A stretch of DNA of 64,000 bases from Veleropilina oligotropha (GCA_048128005.1 JBEUKZ010000002.1:62001-126000), one strand, 5' to 3'. Counted from the first letter of the stretch, positions 9,146 through 22,971 are shown. Notes: generated from the letters alone by a model not told the origin. Made by a program: numbers and translations.

Positions 9146-10970
9146 AAAGTTTTAAGTTTGAGGCTTCTGTGTTGGTAACTGGTTGGCCTAATTAAGTGCC
9201 GTAGTGAGACGCTATAATTATTATGACAGTTAGTACTAGAAAATACCTATATTTGTGGATAATAATTCGGTTTATTAGACAGGTTTGGACGACATGATAA
9301 GATTTCTACTCAGTAATACTGTGTCATTTGCATAGCCTACCACAATAACCATGCCAGACACTTAATTGTAGCCTGTCATAGTGAACGGTCTTTAATTGTT
9401 TCAGACTCTGTATGCTACAGGTTTGTAATACATACAGGTATGTTAATTTATATTAAGTTTGTTTACGTGCATACGGCAACCGTTACATTATTGTGTTATT
9501 CAATTGCGATCGTAGAGGTGAAATACCGGTACTATGCTTGCTGAATTATGTCAACGTTATGTCCGATGAACATCACATCCAACGGCAATCAGTTTTTAGT
9601 TTTTACGACCATATTGTTTACTATTTTTCAGTCGTAGGCCTATAATTATGCAGCCTAAACATCTGTTAAAGTAATAGCCAACCCGCCCACATAAACTTTT
9701 GTATTGGTTCTAATATTGAGTTAACTTTTATTACCTAAAAATTAAAGGTCAATATTTGTTTAAATTCGAAGAAAAAACGATTTTTATAATTTATCCCTTC
9801 CTGGCCTGGACTCCGCCATGTTTTCGTCTGCAGTGGGTAATCTACGTCATAATCTCGCTATTAGATTATATGACAGTCAACTTACAACAAAGGCTCTTTT
9901 GTCTTTATAAAGGACCCTTATATTTCAATATAAACAAGTCTTCAGAGAACCGTTGTGCAATGAAAATTCATGTACGATCACCTTTGTCTGTGAAGTTATC
10001 ATACGCATATAATATATAATATAACGAGAGGAGACAATTCCGCCCGCCGCGTTACTCAGAGCGAGAAAGCGATGGTACACGGAAAAATATTGATAATGCA
10101 TTAGTTATGAATATCAAACCTATGTGCAAAATCCAAAATATCCTGTAACTCCTGTTGAGAGTAGATTTCACCAGTAGGATTGTTGGGATTAATAGTCCAG
10201 TCAGAATACGGTTTGACCCTAAACAAATTGCAATAAAATCATTTTAACTTAATTTCGGTACAAACAGTTATGTTGAACGTTATACTAAAAGGCAAGAAAA
10301 ATCTAATGAGCGAAAAGTGACTTTTAACGCCGTCAAAATAGCCGATGTTTACGACGTAAAACCCCATTCTTTTTTGCGTCCGATATGTTCTGCAGAGCCA
10401 ACGAAATGCAACCTAGCAGACGACAAACATCGATTATTGACAAGAAAATATTAATTACGCATTATGGCATGAATTTTAGGATATACGAGGCAAGTCCACT
10501 GTAAAATGTGAATGTATTGTTTGTATTTAGCTACTTGGGTATAACAAGGGCATATGTTAAACTTGGTTATGCAATAGTATATGCCGCAAATTGCATTCGA
10601 TTGGCGTGAGATCATTTTCATGTTAAGACTATTGCTCGTAAATGCATGCGCTCTTTTTTCTTTGAAAAGAAAACTAACCGCATTACACTTTTTGTTTGTA
10701 ACATAAAAAGTTAAGAATTTTCAACACTCAACTTTCGTCAGTTATTTGCTACCGTTTAAATTAATCGCTACTGAAGATTTTAAACGCGGCCCGCATTTAA
10801 TTATTCTCACCGAGTGACATTTCCAAATGACAAAGTTGGAGCCACGTTGCGTAGGTTTCTGCTCGTCAAGCAAGATAACTTTCTATTTGACAATAACATA
10901 TATTGCCCAGTTACATTAATAATTTCAATAAAAATCTATCATTTGATCATATATATCGATCATATCTTCG

Positions 10971-12465
10971 AAAATGGATGTCAAGAATATCGTCGACTTT
11001 TCATTCAAGAGAAAGGAACAAGCAGTAACTCTAGCTAATCCTAGAGGTTGACCAGGAGACAATCAACGTGGACCCCCAGCTTCTATTTCAAAGATTATTG
11101 ATAGTTGCTCAAAAAGCCGATATATCGTCATCGTTGTTCAAGTATGAACTGTGCACTGTCCCTGCATCGCTTTTCGATTCAACTGGTCTCCCACGGGAAG
11201 CAAATAAAGCTGCACTGGCCGATTACATCTGGTCAAAATTAGAAACAACAGAGTGGTCATTACCAAGTAACCAGCATCTTCGATATATTCTTGATGATGG
11301 GTCATTACTGCATCGTGTAATGTGGCCCAGAGATGTGACCTATGACACAATTGTTAAACGGTATGTGGAATACGTCTCTCGAAAGTATGGAAATGCAGTA
11401 GTTGTGTTCGATGGATATGAAAGTAGACATCCATAAAAGACATACCCCATCTGAGACGCAGAAGAGGTGGACAGGCATGTGATGTCAGTTTCACAGGCGA
11501 TATGACTGTATGCGACAAGAAGGAATTGTTCTAGCAAATGGCAATAACAAGCAGCAACTAATTCGGTTGTTGAGACAGTCATTATAAAACATTGGCTGTA
11601 AAATCTTTAAAGCTGTCGGCGATGCGGACTTTGTGATTGTTCAAAAAGCCATTGAATCTTCAACAATAGAGCCAACTCTATTGATTGGAGAAGACACGGA
11701 TCTACTGGTTCTTTTCCTGCATCATGCGACACCGGACCTAAAGAGGCAAAATGTGGCAGCATTGGCACAAAGAAGTCTAAAATTTGGGACATTTTGGAAG
11801 CGCAGAGACAACTGGGGCTTGATATTTGTGGCAATATGTTATTTGCGCATGCCATTGCAGGCTGTGATACTACATCACGCCTTATTGGTATTGACAAGGG
11901 AGTCCCCGTGAAAAAATTGACATCATGCAAACACATCCTACGGCAAAGCAACGTCTTCATGAATATTTCCAGCAAGCAAGATTTTGTAGCAGCAGGAGAG
12001 AAAGCTCTTGTGTCGCTATATAAAGGAAATGTCGGAGAAAGTTTGGATAATTTGCGCCATCTTAAATTTCGGGAGAAAGTGACATCCAGTACATCTGTCG
12101 TTCAGGCAAGCCACCTGCCACCTACCACTGGAGCGGCCAAGTATCATTATCTGCGAGTTTATTATCAAATTCGAGAGAGGATTGGAAGTAAGCTCCCTGA
12201 TATGATCCCCGAAGAATGGGGTTGGCAACCTCGCGATGATCGCTTCCATCCCATATATACCGACTTGCCGCCAGCACCCCCTCATCTTCTTCGTATAATT
12301 CGTTGCTGCTGTAAAACGGATTGTCAAACTTCTAGATGTTCATATCGAAAACTTGGATTAGAATGTTCGCCTGGATGCCGAGAATGTCGCGGTGTGAGCT
12401 GCACCAATTCTAAGATTGGAGTTGACGATGAAAATGATGATGTAGCCGAAATTGATAATGTATAA
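10971..12465 (+). pseudogene. C-terminal half of an AcademX protein (XPG/FEN1-like nuclease plus Cys-rich CXC domain), frameshifted
   Basis: VDPQLLFQRL, VVVFDGY, GDAD, GEDTDLLV, HAIAGCDTTS, LPPT, WGW, C-terminal RCCCKTDC...CSPGCRECRGVSCTN. Collinear with 33315-35081. Confidence 0.85.
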
Positions 12466-14009
12466 ACTGAGCATGATGGTAGACTGTCCGCATGCCAGTA
12501 AAGTAACAGCATTGTAAATAATATTGTTTTTATTGAAATATACAAACACTAGCCGGTGGTTTTGCGTGAAGTCATGTAAGATTACTTAATATCAATAGAG
12601 TTTTTTTTTTTATACAAAAAACAAACGAATACTTTTACATAAATTGTACAGTTGGCAAAGTTTGTTTGTTTCATCCACTGTGGCAGTTCATTGCTTTAAA
12701 GGATCAATTATTCATATACATGTATATATTCTCGGTACGATCGAGATGTTAAATTGAAGTCCCGTGTGTAATGTGAGGATTCTTGTTAACCTGTTATTTT
12801 ATTTATTGGAATACTTAGAAAGTACATCAGTTTATTGATTGATGGAATACATTTGTTTGTTTAATCTACTTTATCTGTACAATGTGTCTGTCTGGTCAGC
12901 TTGAGATGTTAAACTGAACGTTTATATAAAACAAGACTGAGCATTGCTAAACCGTTGACAAAACTACAATGTAAATAATATTTTATATATTGTAATATAT
13001 TTAAAAATCAAGAAGTACAAGCAATATTTTTGTGTAAAATAGTTTCTTGTTGTCGATATAAATGTATGGTATTTTGTGTCTAGGAACTATAATAATTAAT
13101 ATATGTATAGAAATGGCTTGTTTGATTGCAGTTGCAATCTTTGTTTGTAGTGTAATCCACACTGACTGTTTATATATAAATGTTCAAGGATTTGTGAACT
13201 AATAATCATAAAGAAGGCGAAATTTGGTCTCACCGCACATTCCTGTAATAAGTCACTAAGCACCCATAATATAATATTTTCATGTCACAGATAGAGGGCA
13301 CGGCTATGGAGAGAGTCCGTACATTATCGAACCATTATGGACTATGCGATAATTGGTCACACACTGTCTGATGATCAGGAACAAATATCTTCACGCCACA
13401 TCTGTCGTCACTAGTTATATTTCTGGAGATTTCGGGGGTTACAAGTCATCATATCAAAATTAACAAATATATCAGTCTGAACCTATATGCTCACAAATCC
13501 TTTGAACTAGAAGCATGTCGGTAATATTGACTCTAGTGGTTGTCAACAAACAATGCTTTGTAAATAAATTAGTTAAGAAACAGTTAAATTATTCATCAAT
13601 AAAAAGGGCATATACTATTTTCATACATCCACCACGATTCTTTTTTATTTGTCCCGTTTTAACAAACTTCTGATTCATACCCGCTCAAGGCCATATTATC
13701 GCCGCTGGAAAGCCCTGTCGCCTGGGAAAATTCAGCCACTTCAGCCAGTCATTGACAACCGGGAATTCTAACCCACTCCTCTTAGATAAAGCAGTCAAGC
13801 CGATGAATTGAGAGCCCACAATCGTATCCACCGACGACGATACATGTACTACTCAGCTAGACATAGCTATGATTCCATCACTTGATAGTAATTTGACGTT
13901 GATGACGCACAAAAGTGTACACGTATTAATGTTATACTGACAGAGCGAGGTATCCTGTGATCTTTGACGACATCAGACGAGGTATAATGATGTTATCAGT
14001 ATTCGTTCG

Positions 14010-14370
14010 AGCGATTTATCCGCCGCAAAAACTACGACGTCACGAGAGGTTTCCGATGTGCCAGAATCCACATAATAACTGATAACATTTTTAATTATAT
14101 GCCACAACAAGTTTCTTATTAAATTATTCGAAAGATTATGGTAATTTTAGTCACGAATCTGTAAGGGAGGTTGAAATACGTAGTATAGAACAATATTGGA
14201 AGTAGTTCCTACGATTTGTCAGCCATTTTGAATATATAAGCAGGAGACGTTTTCCTGTTTATATATAAGCAGGAGACGTCTTCTGAATCGATATCAGCTG
14301 TGTCCGTGATACAGGGTCTCGGAAAACTGCGCGAGAATAGGCGTCATAAAACGACTGGCATATAATAAAT
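14010..14370. repeat. Dispersed repeat; inverted copy at ~41390-41760
   Basis: Near-identical reverse-complement sequence (e.g. GATACAGGGTCTCGGAAAACTGCGCGAGAA) at both sites. Confidence 0.8.
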
Positions 14371-16319
14371 AAACATATTGCATAATGCCTGTCAATGTTC
14401 AATTTATTAGGCATACGACTAACGTCATATGTCATTTCTTGTAACATTATGATTAATCAAATTGCAAATAACCTGGAAAAGCTGATTGTCTATCGCATAT
14501 GCGAAACAGATAGAAGCCTTTGTATCAGACGTTGCACAATTTAACAAGTAAACGTCGAGTGTGACGTGACGTCATTTAGACCAATCAAACGTCACGGATA
14601 TCGCAAAAAGTGAGAAAAATTACGTTGAGATATCACAACTTTAATCCAAATTTACGTATATTTCCTCCAATTATATATTTCTAGACTTTTGATATGTTAT
14701 TCTACAAGCCTTCCTGATAACATATCTGTTGAAATTGGTTCTATTGCAATTTGTTTAAGGTCAAGCCATTTTTAGCCGTAGAATGACTGGACTATAACTG
14801 TAGCAATGCCTCGCACGGGTTTGCCCTGAAAGGAAACGTGGCATTTTACTACTAGTTGAATTATAATACTATTATACAAAAGAACCTCGGTTTTGGCATA
14901 TATAGTTGCGCGTAATCACTAGACTATAAATCTACTTACTTCAATAGAATGGCGTTAAAGAAATTGACACACTTACGTACCGTGGATAATATTTGTTTTG
15001 TAAGAAAACGCATGAACACACGGCCTGAAAAATTCGCAAAGGATATTCCTCTAACTTTAACAATATTAAAAGCGATATCAATAATTTTATAACGGACGTA
15101 AGTCATACTATATTTTAATTTTACTGTTAGAATTCGGTCATTTGGACACCGAATGATGACGTAATGTTGCTGTCTCGGCGTGATCATGAAAGTGGAATGT
15201 TGCTGTTATTCGTGTACCCAACCAGCCAATAAGTATTTTGACAAATTTTGGAACGATTTATTCAGTCTGCAGTGAAATTAATAATAAATTATATAGGTCG
15301 TATATAGTGCATTTATATTAAAAAATCTCAAATAATTACTCTGGTTATGTGCCTGTTCACCACGAGATTCCAGTTAATATTTTGACTTCTTTACTTTTCT
15401 GAACACTGGATGTACAATTACTGTATGTGTATACATACACAGTTTCCTTGGTGTACTTGTAAGATCCTTTAACAACAGCTCATAATTGTTGACGCGTACC
15501 TCCTTTCTTGCTTCCTTGTACAGTATATTTAATCGGTCTTTGACGGGTAGAACATCGTCAGACTATAATGAAAATACATCTGATAATATGAAATGCACAA
15601 ATTATTCTACAAAAACGGTGCTTTTCTGCTTGCATATGAGACGTATTAGTTCATATCATTCGATTAAAAAGATTGTTCTTTAGCAGAAGAAAAAAGAATC
15701 GGTTTTTCTAATAATTCCAGCGTTTGTAAAAATTATTTTAACCTATAATCTTCGTTGCATTCGACAAAATTTCAATTCGCCAAACACACTCACTCCGGTA
15801 CCCTCCCGTAAGTCAGACATGCCACCATCATCCAGTCAATTTATCATTTTGCCTGGGAAAAATTGCAACATAATTTGTTTTGGCGCTAATCCATGCTATA
15901 GATGTGTTATAACAACATACTAAAATCTAAGAAAATCTTAGTTTCGGAAAATATCAAATTTAGCGATTAAAAATAGCGAAATGCGCTTCTATTTTCTATG
16001 CCGGTGACGATGAAATCAAATTCCAACTCTCATTCCTGATATCATATCCACATTGTCTAATAATTAATACTTCACGAATAATAATATAAATGTACTTATG
16101 TCATGGTTGTCCATGCAAATAATAAAATATATGCGATACCAAAGTATAATATCGTCCTAATCTTATGCATACCTATTTTTCCGTAGTATTTTCGCCTTGC
16201 ACCGTTACTAATAATGGATAATATTTCAATAGCTATATATCCAACATAAGTGCGCTAATAATACCGAAAAACATTAAAAGGAAGGCACAAATGTTTATAA
16301 TTATGGACAAATGCATTAA

Positions 16320-16950
16320 TATGTAATAAATTGTCTGTAAAAGATATATATATATATATATAAGGTCTCTTGGAACCAGTTTTGGATGTTGCAGGTAACG
16401 TCCTGCCAGTCGAAGTCTTCTCTTTTTGATATAAGAGATATTCGACGAATAATATTTCCATACAGTATATTGTTTCTGACCATATCACTCTTCGAAACAT
16501 TGAGGCTCACCAGGAGCATATTTGTACAGCAGATATATATATGCACACCCTTGTGCTTAGTAAGCTTTTATGCTTCATTTGGCTTCTATTGTCTTTTTGG
16601 AGTCATCGGCGGATTGCCACTGGGTCTCGATACCGCGAAGTCTCCATGTTTGTGCCTTCCTTATATTTATTACTGTAATGTCCCTTTCTGTCGAGCTGAT
16701 GAACGATCTAATATACTTAAAATCCTCATTGACTGCCAGTGTGGAGCCATTTTTGGCTCAGAGCGTCATCGTCGATGTTGAATACATTCACCTCGGTTCT
16801 GTCTTCTTGGCATTAAAGTGAAGGCATCCACACTGCGGAACAGTCCCTGATCTTTCTTGACACAGGTACAATGTCGTATACGGAGTAGAATTCAGCTATA
16901 TCACTCCACAAATCCGTCTGCTCCTCCTTGGGGGTGATTGCGAACCAGAA
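16320..16950 (-). pseudogene. Degraded RTE-like LINE reverse transcriptase fragment
   Basis: Minus-strand translation NAKKTE...NGSTLAVNEDFKYIRSFISSTERDI..IRKAQTW and CTNMLLVSLNVS...NNILYGNI resembles the C-terminal RT region of RTE-clade LINEs. Many stops. Confidence 0.55.
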
Positions 16951-17779
16951 TTATTCCTATTTTCGAAAGATAGCATGACATAGCGCCTAGACTAGGACGA
17001 TAATAAAGAGGTAGTAATGGGAAAGATATCAAAACCATTCTGAGTTAACTTTCGAGAAGGTCGTTGATCTTAATATAGATGATCATATACAAAGACAGAA
17101 GACTTTCTTTGTAAATCCGTTTTTCCATTGCGGTTATCAATCCCTGGATTTTCAGGAATTATGCACACAAGGAGATCGCCCAGATTGGTTATCAGCCGTA
17201 TTAGTTATCGCCATTAACCCTAGCTACTTGTCCTGCATCTATTCTACACTCTAATTTGTTCGTTCCAATGCTTTCCGTAATAACACAACACCTGTTGTAA
17301 GATTTTAACAACATTTGTCAATTATAGACAACGAACAGCCAACCAGTGGCATAAAACCAACTGTTCTTCATATACTGGCAATTCATGGCGAAATTGGTTG
17401 GTCTTGATTTCTGGAGATACAGGAACAGGTGTGTGAACCGGATGTGCTTGTGATTGTGCCATTGTGGCTTAGTGGGCTGATCACGGAACTTGCAAGATAT
17501 TTCAATAAATTAGAATTTTTGTTTCGTCTATTTATTGTGGTCTATGTGCATGTTAAATTTATTGCATAATTATGGACTGTATAAGTTACGTTTCCTTGAA
17601 AAAGATTGCTGCTTTTTTTATAAAAACTTTGTAAAATTAAACGATGCTTCATTTTTCTTCTCATTCCCCTTTTAAAGGAGATAATATATTGTTTGTTATA
17701 TTGACCAATTCAACTACAATAAATTAATATTATAAATGGCTTTCTTTAGGACATTAGATTGTCTGTGGAATTATATCAT

Positions 17780-19040
17780 TAGTAACCCAATATAATCTTA
17801 TATTCTAGGTTCAGTCTGATAATATAAACCGCGCAATTTCCGGGTAGTGTGTTTACAAATACATGAAAAAAAAAAATTTCCGTAAACAGTTCTGTGTTTC
17901 ATTTTGTATATGATGTCCATCATTTTCTCCCTAAGGAAAAACGTAAAATATAATTGTTTTTATTAATGAGATATTTGAAAAAGGTCATTATTTCGGATTT
18001 TCCTTCTTTTTTTAGGGGGGGGGGGGTGAGTATATTGTTTCTCGTATATCTACCTCTATTGCAAGCAATAACTTAAGCGTAAAAGTACTTTTTAGATCAT
18101 GCATTGTAAATGATGCCATTTCTAATCCTATATAATATCGTGTACTAGTTTTCTTTGACTTACAAAGGCGCCGCCATAAAATCTAATGGCCGTAATTTCT
18201 GGTAGGTGTGTTCACAATTACATGGAAAAAGTCATTTCAGTACATAGTTCAGTCTTTCATTTTTTTAAATGAAGTCCATCACATGTCTCCCTCAACAAAA
18301 ATGTAAAAAGTAATTGCTTTTATTAAATAGATATTTTTAAAAAAGTAAATGATTCGTCATTCATTTAAGATGATGCACCTTTGTATGGGTGGGTGAGCAT
18401 ATTGTTTCTCATATATCTACCCCTATTACAAATAATAACTTAAATTTAAAACTACTTTCAGGTCGGGAATTGTAATATCTTCCTAATGATACCATTTCTA
18501 ATCCCATATCTATATCATATCCTAGTTTTCCTTGACTTACAAAAGTGCCGCCAAGAAAATTTAATAGCAGTAATATCCGGTAGGTGTGTTCACAAATATC
18601 GGAATAAAATAATGTACGAAAATAGTTCAGTCTGAGATTTTTTATATGATGTCCATGATATGTCACTAAACAAAAACGTAAAAAATAATTGCTTTTGATA
18701 AAATGATATTTTTAAAAAGTAAATTATTCGTAGTTTCTTTCAATTTTTCCTTCATTTTTAGGGGGTGGGCATATTGTTTCTCATATATCTACCGATTTAC
18801 AATCAATAACTTAAACTTAAACAATTTTAAAATCGGGTAATGTAATACCTTTCTTATGATACCATTACTATTCCCACATAATATCATATACTAGTTTTCT
18901 TTAACTTATAAAAGTGCCGCTTAGAAAATTTAATAGCGGTAATTTCATATGGGTGGGTTCACAAATCCCGGAAAAAAATAATTTCCGAAAATATTTCAGT
19001 CTTAGATTTTTTTCATGATGCCCAGTATATGTTCCTCTAA
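17780..19040. repeat. Diverged ~375-bp tandem repeat (~3.5 copies), subterminal in the Academ-like element
   Basis: CTAGTTTTC.TT.ACTTA.AAA.G.GCCGC recurs at ~18145, ~18522 and ~18891. Confidence 0.75.
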
Positions 19041-19308
19041 ATAAACTAGAAGAAATAAATTATGTTGCAATTAGTCCCCAGTCTGGCCTAATTTGATGCT
19101 ATTTTGACTGGACTACCAGTTAGACATCATAAATCATGAGATTGGCAGGTTCATTGCAAACATAATGTCATGCTTCTTACCCTTCACTTAAATGGTATGA
19201 TCCAGTGAACGACAAAAAACGAATATCTACTTTTAAGTTTATTGAAATAATAACAAAATATAAAAATATTACAAACTGCATAAATAAATATCACTTCATA
19301 TAATAATA

Positions 19309-20260
19309 TTATGCTAATTTAAGCAAATGTTCAACAGCATCTAAAAATTGAAGCGATGTTTTCGCACCTTCGGTTAGTTGCCCTTTAATTCGAATTACTC
19401 TATATTCAATTTCCTTATATACTACTCTTTTCTTCTTAGGTGGGGCTGCTCCGAAGTTCAGTTGGGCCACTTTTGATTTTTCGGAGCATTCAAATTTCTT
19501 GATGAGTTCTATAAATCTGAATATGTTCGGGTGCGAGTACGGTAGTGTTCTGTTCAGTCGATTGTGGAAGCCTTCGATGTGGTTGTTTGTTCGGGGTCCG
19601 TCTGTTTCGTGGTGATTCCACAGTCGTAATGGAAATCGTGCACCAGAATCGAACCAATTAACCACCATATAGTCGTTGAATTCTTCGGCACGATTCACAT
19701 CCGGATTTTCGTCCATTGCTTCTAACCAGGCATCCTGAACTTTGTGCAACGGAAGTAAGGGCAACCCAGCAGCTCGTCGTATCCATCGGTTGACGTCGGG
19801 ATTATCTTTATGCAGCGCAGCAAGACCAAGATCTTGAGTTTTCCTCCAAATCGCTTGAGCGAAATGGAAAAAGCAACCTATGACTTCAGCTTCGGGAAAT
19901 TCCCTCTATATGGCATGAATTGCCGCTAGTTCAAAATCTGTTTGAACTTCGGTAGGTGCAAGTGGTCGATTCAGTCTTTGCTGTACTTCTGTCTTCAATA
20001 AACTGAACAATCTGACAGATGTCGTTAATTTCCGATCTGGTAACAGCACATAAACAAGAGGGTACATCACTTCTTGGCATCTGGCATGGATTACGTACAC
20101 TTGATCCCATAACTCGGGACACGATGATAATGTTCCGTCCATACATAATACATCATCGGATTGCAAGATTTCCAGTTGTTCGGTTGTAGAGAATGCCATA
20201 ATTTTATTTTCTTCGCCGTCGTTGATGAGCAGAAATGGCCGGCCATCGCTTGCTTCTGTC
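19309..20260 (-). pseudogene. MULE transposase (DDE) remnant
   Basis: MDGTLSSCP..WDQVYVIH, PLVYVLLP, TDFELAAIHAI*REFPEAEVIGCFFHFAQAIWRK, RTNNHIEGFHNRLN, HPNIFRFI. In-frame stop at 19906-19908; N-terminus missing. Confidence 0.88.
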
Positions 20261-21344
20261 CAACTTCATCACTGAGAACTACTCACTAGTTCTTGTCAGA
20301 TCATAAGGCACTTTTAATACAAAAAGTTAATACTTCTCAGGAAACCGTAGTTAGTTGGCTGCTCCATTTCATTATGAGGTAGGTCATCATTGCTGCATTA
20401 ATTACACCGTGCACTAAGTAGGTGATAATTGGGTGTCTGACTAGTGGCGTGTCTGACTTGGTGGAGATAACCGTTTAGAAGCATGCGCCATATTTTAGCC
20501 ATTGTCACCTGGCCACTGTACTTTCTTTCTTTTCCCAATGTCAATGATATTAGAAACGCCCATTGTGTTGAATTTTATCAGATAAGCTTGTTCTTGACAC
20601 CCCGTGCAGTTACTCTTATTCATTGTGTGGCATATCTGTGCTGTCAGATATGCAGGTCAACTACCTGCGATTTAGTTTATTAACCTCTTCACTCTCCCGT
20701 GTTAAGAGTTTATTATAATGCAATTCCACAGATAATTGTCATAATCTAACACTCTAATACTATTTATACAGTATTGGGGGCGCAAGACATCTGGAAGGAA
20801 CATGGATCCTAAAGAAAGTACCCGCGATGTTCAGGTAAAAATTCCACACTTGGAATATAGACACACACTCAATTGATCTTTGTGGTCGAATTCGTATGAC
20901 GTATGCTGAAACATAAATGCAAATATATGGGTTCTGTCTCCGTATATGTCGCCGTTTCAATTGTGTACAGCGGCAAAACATTTCACCATACAAAGTCGAT
21001 CGACGCGATCGTGATACATGTACGTATGTCAATACACAACTAACTTCGCCCCTGACTTAACATTCTCTATCTTTAAGATCAATATCTACAATTTTAGCGT
21101 TTGTTTCACGATGATAATTTTAACAGACTTATACCTAAACTAAACATCAAAATTCATCTTTTCGTGATTTTGGTCTAATTGGGTCCATACTATAATTAGG
21201 TGATATATTGTGTTTCGATTAGTAATCGGATAATATATGACAGAGATTTCACCTTTTGAATGATCTTGGTCTTGACCTAGTCTATCCTGATACTTTTTGC
21301 CTTTCAAATTGGTAGATTTTACTGGCGACAGGGCGATAATATAA

Positions 21345-21480
21345 GCTGTCGGCATTGCCCGAGGGGAATATGGGTCTATGTACCTGTTTGTGAGAATTTA
21401 TTAACCGAGACGAAGTCGAGGTTAATAAATTATCACAAACGGTATATAGACCCATATTTCACGAGGGCTATGCCGACAAC
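21345..21480. repeat. Palindromic (hairpin) MITE-like repeat
   Basis: GTCGGCAT.GCCC...TTTATTAACCGAG-ACGAAG-TCGAGGTTAATAAA...GGGCTATGCCGAC; the arms are reverse complements. Confidence 0.7.
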
Positions 21481-22299
21481 GAATTTATCTTACTTCAATA
21501 TAATAAAATCATGCCTTTTGAACAAGTTTCTTTTCCAAATTCGTTTTTCCGTTAAAGAACCCATTTTATATATTCTATTGTTGTTACTAAAAACCGCGTT
21601 CCTAAAAGTATGTTTTCAGCTCTGCCGAAGATATTGTGTAAAACTTCATGTTCAATATAAAAAATATTCCTTCCGTTATAACTGTGATATTTTAGCAGGA
21701 TTGGCATGATTATTGAAAATACATAAAGTAAGTTTGTGGAAAATACATGCATACCAATATACATTATATATATTTTGAAGATATTCCGACGCGCCCATTA
21801 AAATGTAATAATAATGCCTAGCAACCGTCACTCTCCAGGCAGAGAAATTAAGAATAGTTTGTACAGTACGGTAGTGAAATGACGTCTCTGCGCAGGAGAA
21901 TAATAGGAAGTCGAGGTAAAGACCAAAATTAACTAAATAAGGATAATTGATTATTTTATTTTACATGAAAATGTCAAAAGTGTAAACCGTTACGACTATA
22001 AAATGAAGTTGATGCAAAATTTTCGAAACGATGTACGATTCCATGACTTAACATTTGTATTGATGTTTTGGCAGACGATATGTTCACAATTATCTCCCTT
22101 GTCTTCGAGGGCGCTCCAAATCACAATAGTACACACAACTACGTAAGGTATAAATAATTCATATACCCCGCCTGGGTGGGGATTACGGTAATTGTCGAAG
22201 GAATGTTAACCAATCAGATTTCAGTATTAAGAGCTAAATAAAATTAATGTTTGAGAAACGGAGCGAGCGTACGAAAAGATGAAATTGGATTGGATCAAA

Positions 22300-22550
22300 G
22301 CTTAATTAATGTCCTGTATATTTATAATCATCAGGTTCAATGCAGGACATTTCCAAATTATCGAGGAGTGAAAGATCGGTCGCCCCGGGGAAACCCGCCC
22401 TCTCCAGCCAGTAACGGACAACTGCGTATGATAATTGACAAAATAATGCCATTACCCCAACCGAGATTCTAACCCACTCCTGTTAGTTCGCGCTAATCAG
22501 ACAGTGATTTCAGAGTCGGTACTCGATATCAGACGACTACTGGGACGCTC
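22300..22550 (-). mobile_element. tRNA-derived SINE (family also at ~13670-13830, 24205-24460, 29400-29640, 29790-29980, 45990-46230, 56880-57070)
   Basis: Copies share a box-B-like GGGTT(A/C)GAA.C.CGG and the downstream body GGTTTCCCCGGGCGACCG...GGACAT.TCCTG..TTGAACCT. Confidence 0.65.
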
Positions 22551-22971
22551 CTACTTTACCGAAGTAAATAAATTCTTATTAAAGGTTCAATAAGAGTGTG
22601 GTTAGAGTGTTGTTGTGAACGGGGTTAAGGCAAAGTGGGAGTGGAATATCATAAGGTTCAGTTTTGAATCAATAATATTGCATCTCATATATGCAAGTGA
22701 CATTGATGACGATATTACGCAATTAGTAAAAATTTGCAAACGAGTTTCAAAACTCTTAATATGATGATGTGAATGTGATAATAAGAATTTTTACAACAAT
22801 ATTTAAACAATTTTATCCGTGCCTGTTGTCGGTGCTTCTGTTTAAAAACTCCCTTTGAAGATTACAATAGATATTCACGGTAAGTATTGCAGATAATGCA
22901 CTGGCACCCCACGGCTTTATGTCTGACATCACTCGGGTAGCAGTGTAATATCTATTAATAAAAAACTGTTA

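Larger units (their letters stand above)
10193..14794 (+). mobile_element. Academ (AcademX-type) DNA transposon, internally deleted
   Basis: Termini TAGTCCAGTCA...TGACTGGACTA. 3-bp TSD TAA (10190-10192 and 14795-14797). The empty site is visible in the paralogous exon at 38622-38624. Confidence 0.85.
10012..15794 (-). pseudogene. Inverted relic of an ACCS-like gene (two exons plus introns), interrupted by an Academ insertion
   Basis: 14795-15794 and 10012-10192 are reverse-complement copies of 32143-32820 plus 38498-38802. The relic holds exon 15500-15562 (SDDVLPVKDRLNILYKEARKE) and the GKPVRGIATV/NPNNPTGEIYSQQELQDILDFAH exon, which the element at 10193-14794 splits. Confidence 0.85.
15828..19115. 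mobile_element. Non-autonomous Academ-like element
   Basis: Ends TCATCCAGTCAA...AATTGCAACATAATTT and TTGACTGGACTA. 3-bp TSD CCA (15825-15827, 19116-19118). Same terminal motif as the element at 10193-14794. Confidence 0.75.
15797..20472 (-). mobile_element. MULE (Mutator-like) transposon remnant with an Academ-like element inserted in its left TIR
   Basis: The reconstructed left end GGTACCCTCCCGTAAGTCAGACATGCCACCA/GTTAGACATC matches the reverse complement of the right end GGTTATCTCCACCAAGTCAGACACGCCACTAGTCAGACACC. No matching 9-bp TSD is visible. Confidence 0.7.

Noticed and set aside
7522..9147. ORFs with CRGHDLL / SWPR / CELVTRN repeats
   Set aside because: Translations of 21-bp TIR repeats and a minisatellite.
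22800..22885. Candidate first coding exon of ACCS gene A (donor CACG|GTAAGT at 22879/22880)
   Set aside because: The frame needed to join exon 23403 contains a TAG just upstream. It may be a UTR exon, so the start codon was left uncalled.
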